A stretch of 57,914 nucleotides of DNA from a virus (taxonomy: Duplodnaviria; Caudoviricetes). The notes under the pieces were generated by a model. That model did not search any database. It saw only the letters and a program-made list of their open reading frames with translations, and was not told the origin of the DNA. The position numbers were made by a program, and so were the translations under genes. Each line of letters begins with the position of its first letter. Position 1 is the stretch's first letter. Below are positions 1 to 9,033 of the stretch, piece by piece. The stretch spans positions 1-57,914 of the IMG/VR virus record IMGVR_UViG_3300010160_004367; one strand, written 5' to 3'.

Positions 1-575
1 TGTTCAAAGTTCACGTAAAAAGTTGCCTCTTCTACCACAGTGTTGGGGGACACTGTGACAGCGTATTGTATAAAATTGCTGATATCTGTTAAATCAATAC
101 CGTTTCCAGTCCAGTTGGGTCTGCTACGGCTTAGTTCTGTATCCAATCGATCAGGTGTGATCAAAGTAGTTTTAAATTTCACTTGATTTTGCTTGAATGA
201 TTGTGTGCCCTGCCTGCTGGCATGACTCAGTGCAGCCTTGGCCACACGATATGTTTCAAATCTGGGTTCAGGTGCTACAATGTGTTGCTCACCCACCGAA
301 CCAATGTTGAAAATCCACCCTGACTTGCCGGCTTTTTTCCATGCATCATACACAGCAAAATATATCTGTGCTTGCCCAAAGTCAGCCCACAACTCCTGTG
401 GAGGCCCGTCAAATGCATTGTTTACAAACACATCGTATTCTAAACTCAGTGTAGCAATTTCATTGGTGTTGAGATTGATGTCAAATCCATTGCTACGACT
501 AGCACTATCAGCGCCAAACTCATCTACTAGATGTTTGCCCAGTCCTCTATTACCACCTGTTACTAACATTTTCAT
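1..575 (-). CDS. Short-chain dehydrogenase/reductase (SDR), running off the left window edge
   Basis: Not in the ORF track; translated by hand from ATG 575, which overlaps the upstream TGA (ATGA). Reads MKMLVTGGNRGLG (TGxxxGxG Rossmann motif), then VFVNNA, FNIGS and YRVAK (YxxxK catalytic motif). No stop before position 1. Confidence 0.9.
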   Translation of the reverse strand, partial: MKMLVTGGNRGLGKHLVDEFGADSASRSNGFDINLNTNEIATLSLEYDVFVNNAFDGPPQELWADFGQAQIYFAVYDAWKKAGKSGWIFNIGSVGEQHIVAPEPRFETYRVAKAALSHASRQGTQSFKQNQVKFKTTLITPDRLDTELSRSRPNWTGNGIDLTDISNFIQYAVTVSPNTVVEEATFYVNFE

Positions 576-1678
576 CTTGTGGATCCTCCTTGATCCCATA
601 CTTTTGTAAACTTCTGACCACAAGTCATTGCACATTCAAACAGTCTATCACCGTTGTTGAATGATGCCTCTAGATCCTGCCAAAACTCATTGGCAAATAT
701 TTCTGGCAGCGTTCGGTGCTGTATGTTCAAATTGTCCAGCCCATAGCGTTGTAAAAATTCTCGCACTTGATTTTTTCCGTTGATCATGCTCAATGGATTT
801 GCCCCAGGCATACTGCCGTCTCTAAATCTTGCATCATACAAATTGTGATTGAAAAAGTTGCAGGGCAACACAACACCTTCAGCATTGATCGCTACTTTGT
901 GACCTATTAATGCATCGCATGTTATAGGCGTAGTGTCAAAATATTCTTTGATATTGATGTATTGTTTCTTCAGTTCAGGCAACGATTGCATACTGCGATT
1001 TTGATAACTTTCATCAATGGGCGGCTGTAATGTGTATTCAGCACCGGCCACTGGCCAAGAATCCATTTCAGTCATAGTAGCATGATTTAAAAATCTACCA
1101 GTCTTGCGTATCAACACATTGTGGAAGCCCATGTCTTGTCCTAACTGTTTGACCAAATCAACTTGATGTTCATTGTGACGAAACACAATAAAATTCCATT
1201 GTGCCCGACCTCCAGCCTTTATAAAAGCCTGTGCATTGCCAATGGCCTTGCTGTATTTTACATTCTTTCTGTATAAATGTAAAGTGTCTTCCAGTCCATC
1301 TATGCCAAAATCAATCTGCCCATGGCCATTTATAATACCAGCCATTTCTGTCCAGTAGTCAGGATCATGTGCTCCGCCATTGGTGTGTATATACAACCAC
1401 AGTGTGGGACTTTTATGTCTAAAGTCACGCAAGATTTCCAAAAAGTCTGGATGCATTATGGGATCGCCATAACTGCCACAGAAAAACACTTGACGCAGTC
1501 GTTGGCATAATTCTGTGTCAAACGCTTGGTCAATTGCGGCACGTGGCAAGTGCATCAACGGCATGTAAGGATTGATGCCTGCACCATTCAAGTTTCTAGG
1601 ACATTGTGGGCAGGCAGCATTGCAATAAGATGTAATTTCAATCTGATACTCGGAAACATTGTGATAATTAAATGTCAT
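572..1678 (-). CDS. Radical SAM protein with C-terminal SPASM/twitch-like cysteines
   Basis: EITSYCNAACPQC (CxxxCxxC), GSYGDP, HTNGG and FGIDG motifs; C-terminal TCD...LPCNF...ECAMTCG. Start moved from 1720 to ATG 1678, which gives an ATGA overlap with the upstream stop. Confidence 0.9.
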   Translation of the reverse strand: MTFNYHNVSEYQIEITSYCNAACPQCPRNLNGAGINPYMPLMHLPRAAIDQAFDTELCQRLRQVFFCGSYGDPIMHPDFLEILRDFRHKSPTLWLYIHTNGGAHDPDYWTEMAGIINGHGQIDFGIDGLEDTLHLYRKNVKYSKAIGNAQAFIKAGGRAQWNFIVFRHNEHQVDLVKQLGQDMGFHNVLIRKTGRFLNHATMTEMDSWPVAGAEYTLQPPIDESYQNRSMQSLPELKKQYINIKEYFDTTPITCDALIGHKVAINAEGVVLPCNFFNHNLYDARFRDGSMPGANPLSMINGKNQVREFLQRYGLDNLNIQHRTLPEIFANEFWQDLEASFNNGDRLFECAMTCGQKFTKVWDQGGSTR

Positions 1679-2436
1679 GTGAGTATTTTGAATTTTTGTC
1701 CAGACAATGCCAACAAGCAATAACGTTCTTCTATTGTTAACTCGCTGTTGTTGTAATCAAAGTTTTGGAGATTGACCTGGTCCAGGTATGTGGCAATAGG
1801 CATGAACCTTTGATTTTCTTCAAGCCACTGCTCATAATAAGTTTGACAGTCTGCAGATATTTTTAAATTTACCCTGCTCAGTGCTGCGGCAAAATCTTCC
1901 CAGCCACCAAGTATGTTTTTCAATGCAAGTTGATCAGAGCTGTAGTTTCTTGGTTGCAGCAAATTTTGTGCATAGTTAAAACAGTCAAATTTATACAGTA
2001 TTTCTGGATCGGATATTTTTGATGCCAACACATGATAGTTAGGCAATAAATTTTTAGCTCTTGAATTTTTGTGCAATCCTGCTTGAACCACAAATGGCAT
2101 TTGTTCTGCTTTTACAGTGATATCAACCACTGGATACGAAAAATCAAAATAACAATGAGTCTTCAGCAGCCATTGCGCATGCACATTGTCAGATTCCAAC
2201 TGCCGAAGCTGTTCAAACAGTGCAGTTTGATCAACATCAAATGCATGCATCAATGACATTTCTGCAACTTGATTGTATTTGAAAGACTTACAATATTGAT
2301 AATCAATTTGACTTTGTCCGTCGTTAAGTGCGATGTATTTGTTTTGACTTTGTAAACTGGGATCTGAGTCCAACAGCAGTTTCAGCACAGTATCGCCGGC
2401 CATACCCGAAGTCCAACGCAATAATTTTATTGACAT
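1675..2436 (-). CDS. Hypothetical protein; N-terminal beta-strand plus glycine loop (LLRWTSGMAGD), possibly sulfotransferase/P-loop-like
   Basis: 253-aa ORF overlapping both neighbours. The fold suggestion is weak inference. Confidence 0.6.
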   Translation of the reverse strand: MSIKLLRWTSGMAGDTVLKLLLDSDPSLQSQNKYIALNDGQSQIDYQYCKSFKYNQVAEMSLMHAFDVDQTALFEQLRQLESDNVHAQWLLKTHCYFDFSYPVVDITVKAEQMPFVVQAGLHKNSRAKNLLPNYHVLASKISDPEILYKFDCFNYAQNLLQPRNYSSDQLALKNILGGWEDFAAALSRVNLKISADCQTYYEQWLEENQRFMPIATYLDQVNLQNFDYNNSELTIEERYCLLALSGQKFKILT

Positions 2437-2942
2437 ACAACCACTGTGTCATCCACTATGACACCTCCTAACAAGTTGGCTATATCAACAGAAGAATACT
2501 TGAGTCGATGAAATTCAAATCTAGACAATGGCAAAGTCACAATGACTTTTTTGGCAAAAGTTTTGTATTTTTTGATGTCTGCAGCAATTTCTTGCCAGGA
2601 CCGATACTTTATAAAAAATGCTGTGTGTAAAATCAACAAGTTTGTAGGTGCAAGTTTTTGTATCACATAGTCCAGGATATCAGGCTGTGAAGTAGAAGCA
2701 AAAATTGTATTTGGCTTCCACTCAATGTCACAGTGAGAAAACATCTTTGGTTCAATGTATGTGGCAGAAAAATTCAGCCTTGGACCACCGCTAAACAACA
2801 CTGTTGTAGAGCCAGGATCCATGTGATCTGACACATAGCTCAAAACAGTAATTGGCATAGCATACAAGTTGATCTCGTATTGTTCTTTGGCATGCACAGG
2901 ATCAGAACTAATTTCACTGTGAATTTTTGTGAGTATTTTCAT
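2427..2942 (-). CDS. Hypothetical protein
   Basis: 171-aa ORF overlapping both neighbours in the same-strand operon. Confidence 0.6.
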   Translation of the reverse strand: MKILTKIHSEISSDPVHAKEQYEINLYAMPITVLSYVSDHMDPGSTTVLFSGGPRLNFSATYIEPKMFSHCDIEWKPNTIFASTSQPDILDYVIQKLAPTNLLILHTAFFIKYRSWQEIAADIKKYKTFAKKVIVTLPLSRFEFHRLKYSSVDIANLLGGVIVDDTVVVCQ

Positions 2943-3441
2943 TGATAAAATAAAATCGAGTCAGAGGATGTATCCAATTGAATCGTTGTCCGCCATCAAC
3001 AATGCCGCTGTGATAACGAATCACAGGATAACGCATGTGCGAAACTACAAAATCATATATGGCAGCATCGTAGTTGGGATTCACTGGATCTAGTGCGCAT
3101 GGATCTAATAAAAATTTATTTAATGCCAAATACAAGATGCCACCAGGTTCCAACCGGTCTAGTTCCTGATTACAAACTTCAACCACATGATCCAGTTTGA
3201 ATGGCGATTTCATCAAGTAGATGCACATCTCTCCTTGGTCACTTTTCCGACCAACAACTAATTCCACATGTTTTGAATCGCCAACATATCGTATTTTTTG
3301 AATATTGTGATATTCAACAAAGTTCAGCAGTTCTTGGTCTTGTAAAACTATGTCTCCGCCATACCACTTCAACTGTTGTTTGCGCAGTTTGTGCCAGTTC
3401 AACTGATCTTGTAAACTAGAATTATTATCCAATTTCAACAT
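2914..3441 (-). CDS. Hypothetical protein, possibly a degenerate methyltransferase-like fold (LDRLEPGGILYL)
   Basis: 175-aa ORF overlapping the gp46 end. LxPGGxL resembles a class I methyltransferase motif, but no GxGxG motif I is visible. Confidence 0.6.
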   Translation of the reverse strand: MLKLDNNSSLQDQLNWHKLRKQQLKWYGGDIVLQDQELLNFVEYHNIQKIRYVGDSKHVELVVGRKSDQGEMCIYLMKSPFKLDHVVEVCNQELDRLEPGGILYLALNKFLLDPCALDPVNPNYDAAIYDFVVSHMRYPVIRYHSGIVDGGQRFNWIHPLTRFYFINENTHKNSQ

Positions 3442-5506
3442 CCGTACTGTAACTAGTAAAGCCGTTTTCTTTCACAACTTTGAGAATATTTTCTACACGC
3501 CCTGCCAGTTCATCCCTGTGCGATACAAGCCAGATGCTCTTGTGTCGTTCACGGGTCATCTTCTTCAACAAGGCCAAACTAGCTTCAACACCCTGTGTGT
3601 CCAAGCCGGAGTCAATCATTTCGTCAATGAACAAGATGTTGATGGGGTGATACAAACTTTCCCACACATCACGGAATGCCCATGACATGCTCAAGATCAA
3701 TCTATTGCGTTCACCACGACTCAAATTATCAAAGTCCAGTTCACGCCCTAGTTCTTCAATGCTCACACTCAAGTCGTTTTGAAACTTCACAGTGTGTGGC
3801 AGTCCAATACGATCCAAGTAGTGAGTAAGGCGTGCGTTCAAATAACTCAAGTTTTGATCAATGATCTTCTTGCGAACAAAACTGTCCTTGCTGGTTAAAA
3901 GTTTTAACAAGAACTCTTGATGATCTTGCACTTTGGTCAGTTCGTTAATCTTATTGTAGTCAACCACTTGCAAGGCTTGTTGTTGCATGTCTTCGATCTG
4001 TTCGCTGTAAGGATCAGTTTCAGCATGCTTGTTGGTAATCTGTTGTAGCAAGTTGTTGACTTGTGTAGAGTGCTTGATGGCCTGTGCTTCTGTATCGTAG
4101 TGCGTGACAGGCTGTGTGCCCAGTTCCACATTCACATGCCCTACAAGTTGTTCGACATAAGGGTCAGTCTCGGCCTGTTTGGCCGAGATCTTTTGCTGTA
4201 TGTTTTCAAGTTCACTGCTGTGACGAATGGCTTCTGCTTCAGTCTGGTAATGTGTTGTAGGCTTGGCACCTAGCTCACCCAAAGCCTTAAGTGCATCTGT
4301 ATTTTCCAACCACTGGCCATTTGTGGCCAAGGCTTGTAGCGCAGATTCTTGTAAACTCTTGCGTTTGGATTCCAGCACTTGCTCGTGCTTGGTATCGTGC
4401 ATTTCCTGTCCACAGGCATAGCACTTGTGATCTTCTAACTGTGCAATTTCTGCTTTTAGTTTTTCAATGATCTTTTGTTCTTTGACTTCATCTGTGACAC
4501 AGCGAGCAATGAGTTTTTCAAGGTCAGCAATATCTTTGGCTCGTTGATTGTATGCAGCCAAGTCTTGATGTGCTTGAAGTTCAGCAGCAATATCAATGTG
4601 ACTGAGTTGATTGTAACTGGCTTGCAATGCGTCAATGTCTTTGGTTTGTGTTTGTTGCCATGCTGTTTGGTACGCCAACAATCGACCGTGTGCATCTGCT
4701 GCCTTCTTGCGTTCAGTCCACAAGGCCAGTTCTTTGTGTGCCAACAACTCTGCTTCAATGTTGACTTTGGCCAGCTCATCGTACTGGCCCACAAGATATG
4801 CAAGGTCACTGTCGTATTTCTTTTGCCACAGACCTTGACGTCTGCGTAGACTTTCAATTTGTTCTTCAATGCGTTTGTTGGCTTCTTGCACAGCACGAAC
4901 TCTAAACTCTTCAGCTGTGATTGAATCTTTGGTGGCTTTGTTTAGTTCTTTGATGCGTTCAGTACGTTCACTCAACACAGTGATGCCCAACAACTGCTCA
5001 ATTATGGTGCGCTGTTCATTGGCCTTCAAGCTCAAAAACGGTTCTGTATATGTGTTCAGTGCCAGGATGTGCTTGAACATGTCATGGCTCATACCAAACA
5101 CACGCTCAATAGCATCCTGTGTTTCACGACTGTCGCCCTGTGCATCATCCGTGGCAGTTTGTTCTTCGCTGTCCACATAAAAGCGCAACACATTGGGTTT
5201 GCGCCCACGTTCAATCTTGTATGTTTTACCATTGACAGAAAAGTCAAGACTTACCAACATGCCTTTGCCATTGGTTTTGTTTACTAGATTGTCCTTGCGA
5301 ATATTGCTGAGTGCTTGCCCATACATGGCATAACTCAAGGCATTGATAATTGTGGTCTTGCCTGTGCCGTTGCGGCTTCCGTCACCGCCCAAGTCTAAGT
5401 TCTCGCCTAATACTAAAGTAAGGTCTTGACGATCAAAGTCAATACCTTGTGTGGCGTTGCCCACACTCATAAAATTCCGAACAGTAAGGTTTTTTATTTG
5501 AATCAT
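3425..5506 (-). CDS. gp46: Recombination endonuclease ATPase subunit, T4 gp46 / SbcC / Rad50-like
   Basis: N-terminal IKNLTVRNFMSVGN, Walker A NGTGKTT, long coiled coil with central zinc hook CYAC, signature LSRGE, Walker B LFIDE and H-loop VSH. Confidence 0.95.
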   Translation of the reverse strand: MIQIKNLTVRNFMSVGNATQGIDFDRQDLTLVLGENLDLGGDGSRNGTGKTTIINALSYAMYGQALSNIRKDNLVNKTNGKGMLVSLDFSVNGKTYKIERGRKPNVLRFYVDSEEQTATDDAQGDSRETQDAIERVFGMSHDMFKHILALNTYTEPFLSLKANEQRTIIEQLLGITVLSERTERIKELNKATKDSITAEEFRVRAVQEANKRIEEQIESLRRRQGLWQKKYDSDLAYLVGQYDELAKVNIEAELLAHKELALWTERKKAADAHGRLLAYQTAWQQTQTKDIDALQASYNQLSHIDIAAELQAHQDLAAYNQRAKDIADLEKLIARCVTDEVKEQKIIEKLKAEIAQLEDHKCYACGQEMHDTKHEQVLESKRKSLQESALQALATNGQWLENTDALKALGELGAKPTTHYQTEAEAIRHSSELENIQQKISAKQAETDPYVEQLVGHVNVELGTQPVTHYDTEAQAIKHSTQVNNLLQQITNKHAETDPYSEQIEDMQQQALQVVDYNKINELTKVQDHQEFLLKLLTSKDSFVRKKIIDQNLSYLNARLTHYLDRIGLPHTVKFQNDLSVSIEELGRELDFDNLSRGERNRLILSMSWAFRDVWESLYHPINILFIDEMIDSGLDTQGVEASLALLKKMTRERHKSIWLVSHRDELAGRVENILKVVKENGFTSYSTDVEIG
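3990..4830 (-). repeat. Paired internal duplications in both coiled-coil arms of gp46 (56-aa and 50-aa periods)
   Basis: WQKKYDSDL..YDELAKVNIEAELLAHKEL versus WQQTQTKDI..YNQLSHIDIAAELQAHQDL before the hook. ELGAKPTTHYQTEAEAIRHS..AETDPYVEQ versus ELGTQPVTHYDTEAQAIKHS..AETDPYSEQ after it. Confidence 0.85.
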
Positions 5507-6999
5507 ATATCTTTATTATACACGTATCCCATGGCTTTTGCAATCTCAAAATGAGATTCAGTAAAATTTTGATTTCTCAAAGTATCAAAGTGCTTGCACA
5601 GTTTTAAGAACTCTTGCCCATCTGAATCAGGAGTAGATGCGATGTAGCTTAGGATATGTTTCATTTCGGGCCAAGCATGATATTGAAACTTTTCAGAAAT
5701 CAATTTTTTAGCATTACCGGTAAGATGTTTAAGATCAAATCCCGACGGGTCGGTCACATATTGTATGTTGATCTCAACTCTCAGATCACTGGCCCATTGC
5801 AGTAACTCGTCCAAGTAAAAAATGTTCATTATGCTGATTGCAGGCATGATAGCAATGCTGACATTGGGCAAGTTGAGATCAATTAATCTTTTGATGTTAG
5901 ATTCAACTTGCAACCAACTACCACCACGCTCAAGTTCAAATCTATGGCCGATGTTGTCGATGCTGAATTGTATGTCCACATGCTTGAATTTTTTCCAATA
6001 CTCAATTAAACTTTCGGGATATACAGAACCGTTGCTGTTGTAATGTAATCTCATTTGTGGAGCATGGCCTTGCTCCACCGCTTGATTGACCACGTGCAAC
6101 AGGGGCTTGATCAAAAATGGCTCGCCACCATACATGTCTATGTTGATTAAATTTGGCAGCAACTCTACAATCTCATTGATTGTGTCAGGCGCAGATTCTG
6201 CCCAGTTAAAACTGTTTATAGAAATATTTTTGTTTAATTTTGCTTCTTGAGCATACAAAGAACTTGACACAGGATTACAAATACGACATTTAAAATTACA
6301 GGTGTTTCCTGGTTTGATATCTATACTTTGTATTCTGGGATGATCCAAGTCAGCTGTTAATAATTCTTTTTTCAACATACGCATATGATACTGCCGGTTG
6401 CTGATCAATCCATTTTTTTCGTTTTCCCAGCACTTGCTACATCCACTGGGCTTGTTACCACTCAACAAGTCTTGTCGCAGAGTTTGAAATTTGGTGTTGT
6501 TAAAAGCATGATTCAGCGAATTGTGTCTGACATGGTCAACACTGTCAACATACACACAGCAAGGTCGTACTTCCCCAGAAGACGAAACTTCAACATGTCT
6601 CCAAGGCATAGGGCATAACGTGTCTGAGACTGTAAAATTATCTTGCAAACTTTCAGTATCTTCGAACACTATCTGCAATGTTTGAAATGGGTCTGTTGCA
6701 TTTAATTGGGCAATAGCAGTTGCTTGTTGGGCAATGTCATGCGGACTGCAAATCAAAACAAAAAAGTTTGATATATCAATCAAATTAGTAGCCTGATACA
6801 AATGATGCAACAGCGAATCTGGAATACTCTTTGCAGTATAAAAAATTAATCGATCGTTGTGAGCAAATGTTTCCTGATAGAAAGAATCAAAATGCCTATA
6901 CACATCAGTTGGAGAAGTGGTTAACTTGGCTAAATCAACAAAACACTTTGAATCATATAGAGTCAGCAGAGTATTTTCTAGTTGATTTATTGATATCAT
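5503..6999 (-). CDS. N-terminal twitch-domain radical SAM protein inserted between gp47 and gp46
   Basis: LCPMPW...RPCC...GCSKCW twitch-like domain, followed by GNTCNFKCRIC, YGGEPF, YNSNG, FSID and a C-terminal FDTLR motif. Has a ~125-aa N-terminal extension and ATGA overlaps on both sides. Confidence 0.9.
   Translation of the reverse strand: MISINQLENTLLTLYDSKCFVDLAKLTTSPTDVYRHFDSFYQETFAHNDRLIFYTAKSIPDSLLHHLYQATNLIDISNFFVLICSPHDIAQQATAIAQLNATDPFQTLQIVFEDTESLQDNFTVSDTLCPMPWRHVEVSSSGEVRPCCVYVDSVDHVRHNSLNHAFNNTKFQTLRQDLLSGNKPSGCSKCWENEKNGLISNRQYHMRMLKKELLTADLDHPRIQSIDIKPGNTCNFKCRICNPVSSSLYAQEAKLNKNISINSFNWAESAPDTINEIVELLPNLINIDMYGGEPFLIKPLLHVVNQAVEQGHAPQMRLHYNSNGSVYPESLIEYWKKFKHVDIQFSIDNIGHRFELERGGSWLQVESNIKRLIDLNLPNVSIAIMPAISIMNIFYLDELLQWASDLRVEINIQYVTDPSGFDLKHLTGNAKKLISEKFQYHAWPEMKHILSYIASTPDSDGQEFLKLCKHFDTLRNQNFTESHFEIAKAMGYVYNKDI
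5515..5543 (-). promoter_or_regulatory. Sigma70-type promoter for gp46, inside the 3' end of the radical SAM gene
   Basis: TTGCAA (5543-5538), 17-nt spacer, TATAAT (5520-5515); ATG at 5506. Confidence 0.6.
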
Positions 7000-8012
7000 A
7001 AGTTTTGATATATTTGCAACAGCAATCGGTTATCGTAGAATTCTGACTCGATATTTGTGAGTTGATCAGTAACAATCTGATCCACTGACTCAAACTTGAC
7101 ATCACCGGGTGCTAGATCCACATCCACACCGGCAGTCTTGTTGGGTATCAGGGCCATTTCTCTCAAGCTGTAGTCACGGATAAACGTTTCTTTGATGAAG
7201 TTGGCTTCTTCGTATGAAATTTCAATATCCAAATTTACACGAACATGCATTTTAGGAGATAACAAATTGGCTGCGTTGTCGATGAGATTGGCTAGGCCAT
7301 ATACTCTGTATCTGGGTTGGTTGGGCCAAGCATGGTATTCAGGTTCTTTGCCCCATTCAAGTATCATCATGCCGCGTTCATCATCTCCTGCGTCGGCATA
7401 GTTGTGCGGAAAGCAGTTGCCAATGTAAGTGATGTTGTTGGCAGTTTGTCGCTTGTGAAAGTGCCCGGTGAACACATGATCAAAGCCACCAAAATCTCCA
7501 CGCTGTATGGTGCCGTGATCCGGCATCTGCACCATGGCATTCATGTAGTAGCCGGGCAGTTCAAAGTGCCCAAACATGTATCGGCCTTTTAACTTGGGAA
7601 TACGTTTGTGGTCATCACCGCATAGCCAAGGAGCAATAACAACGTCACCACTGCTGAACCAATCATTGCAAATTTCAACTTTTGGCAAATGTTTGGCCCA
7701 CTCCACACTTTGAATGTCGCGCTTGTCTCGATAATAAAGATCGTGATTGCCAGGAATAAAATATACCTGATCAAAATTGTCATTCATGTGCTCCAGGGCT
7801 CGGAGACTGTAACTCAGGGTAACAATGTTCAAACTAGCCCTGTTGTTGTGCCAATCACCAAGGAACAGGCAAGTTTCACAACCTTGTTCCCGGGCCTTGG
7901 CAGTGGCCCATTTTACAAAATCCAAACAGTCATCGTTGTGCAGTTGACTGTTGGATTTGAGTCCAAAATGTATGTCTGTGAAGACCGCAGCCTTCTTGAA
8001 TAGATTAGTCAT
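6996..8012 (-). CDS. gp47: Recombination endonuclease nuclease subunit, T4 gp47 / SbcD / Mre11-like metallophosphoesterase
   Basis: TDIHFG, LGDWH, PGNHD, GHFE and GHFH motifs; lies next to gp46 and gp55 as in T4-like phages. Confidence 0.95.
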   Translation of the reverse strand: MTNLFKKAAVFTDIHFGLKSNSQLHNDDCLDFVKWATAKAREQGCETCLFLGDWHNNRASLNIVTLSYSLRALEHMNDNFDQVYFIPGNHDLYYRDKRDIQSVEWAKHLPKVEICNDWFSSGDVVIAPWLCGDDHKRIPKLKGRYMFGHFELPGYYMNAMVQMPDHGTIQRGDFGGFDHVFTGHFHKRQTANNITYIGNCFPHNYADAGDDERGMMILEWGKEPEYHAWPNQPRYRVYGLANLIDNAANLLSPKMHVRVNLDIEISYEEANFIKETFIRDYSLREMALIPNKTAGVDVDLAPGDVKFESVDQIVTDQLTNIESEFYDNRLLLQIYQNL

Positions 8013-8018
8013 CTATCT

Positions 8019-8047
8019 AGTATACTACTCTTCGTAGGTAGTTACAA
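8019..8047 (-). promoter_or_regulatory. Sigma70-type promoter for gp47, predicted leaderless transcript
   Basis: TTGTAA (8047-8042), 17-nt spacer, TATACT (8024-8019); ATG at 8012, 7 nt from the -10 box. Confidence 0.55.
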
Positions 8048-8921
8048 CCGGTCCGGACATGGCTTCCATACTGGCTTTGCCAGAGTTCTGACGAGTCCAT
8101 GACGGATTGAGTCCGTTCATTTCAAGAATGTCATCACGGATGTTTTGATTTTTCTTTTCAATGTTCAGGATGCGAGTAAAACTATTAGTGATAGCGGCAG
8201 TATAATACGCAAAAGGGTTCTGCGATTTGGACTCGTCAAACTGGAGTCCGATTTGACTGAGTTGTAACAGGGCTTGTCCGCGCATTTCTTCATTGTAAGT
8301 GTATCCTCTCCAGTTTGATCTTGTGGCATAACGTTCGCATAGTTTCATAAACATAGTGGCCAGTTTGCGTGTCATGTTGCCGTGATCCTTAGAAAACTCA
8401 CCTGAGTCCAAATCACCCCGCCAGTGGCTTTTGCCCACCAGCACAGGGTTCTTGTCTTCGTCCACTCTGTAGTGCCAGAACGGGGGAAAGTTCACACGCA
8501 TGTGTGTGGGATCCAGCACAACATCCTCAACAAGATCTGCTAACGGGTCTTCCGTTACATCGTCTAGGTCCAGGATGTCTTCGATCTTTTTCTTTTTAGT
8601 AGCGGTTTTAGGCACTTTCTTGGGCGCCATAGGTATGTGTTCCCAAGTCATAATACGGAAAACCACCTCCGTATTTGGTATTTTTTTAGGGTCAATCACT
8701 TCACCAGTTTCACGTTTGTGACGGTCAGCACGATTGCGGCGTGCTTCTGCAATGGTCTTTTGATTGATTTTGCTTACACTGGGCAGGATCATGTCAAACT
8801 GATGATCAGTTGTTCTGTCTCGGAAACTGCAATAGGTGTTTTTGCTTAGGTGGATTTCTTTTAGGATGTCACGGTTGTTAAGGTAGTTAACCTTGGCTGC
8901 AGGTTTTGCAAGTAAAGTCAT
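8025..8921 (-). CDS. gp55: Late-transcription sigma factor, T4 gp55-like
   Basis: NYLNNRDILKEI N-terminus and RSNWRGYTYNEEM...FDESKSQNPFAYYT..I.NSF.RIL..EKK match the gp55 family pattern. Start placed at ATG 8921, after GGAG, because the track start (8966) lies within the promoter. Confidence 0.88.
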   Translation of the reverse strand: MTLLAKPAAKVNYLNNRDILKEIHLSKNTYCSFRDRTTDHQFDMILPSVSKINQKTIAEARRNRADRHKRETGEVIDPKKIPNTEVVFRIMTWEHIPMAPKKVPKTATKKKKIEDILDLDDVTEDPLADLVEDVVLDPTHMRVNFPPFWHYRVDEDKNPVLVGKSHWRGDLDSGEFSKDHGNMTRKLATMFMKLCERYATRSNWRGYTYNEEMRGQALLQLSQIGLQFDESKSQNPFAYYTAAITNSFTRILNIEKKNQNIRDDILEMNGLNPSWTRQNSGKASMEAMSGPVVTTYEE

Positions 8922-8948
8922 TGGTGGGGGTTCTCCAGATATGTACTT

Positions 8949-8976
8949 ATTGTAGCATATCTGCAACAGTTGTCAA
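8949..8976 (-). promoter_or_regulatory. Strong sigma70-type promoter for the gp55-gp47-gp46 arm
   Basis: Perfect TTGACA (8976-8971), 16-nt spacer, extended -10 TGcTACAAT (hexamer 8954-8949), with an AT-rich UP-like tract upstream. Confidence 0.75.
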
Positions 8977-9009
8977 CCTTTTTATAAAATATGCAGTTTT
9001 TGATTTGGG

Positions 9010-9015
9010 TAAATA
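9010..9015 (+). promoter_or_regulatory. Late promoter box TAAATA (T4 TATAAATA-like)
   Basis: Intergenic TAAATA followed by AGGA Shine-Dalgarno and ATG 9034. The same box recurs before other structural genes. Confidence 0.65.
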
Positions 9016-9033
9016 ACAGATAGGAATACAAAA

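Noticed and set aside
238-609. 123-aa plus-strand ORF
   Set aside because: Antisense to the SDR gene, which has clear catalytic motifs.
8922-8966. Longer gp55 start given by the ORF track
   Set aside because: This segment lies within the TTGACA/TACAAT promoter; ATG 8921 has a GGAG upstream.
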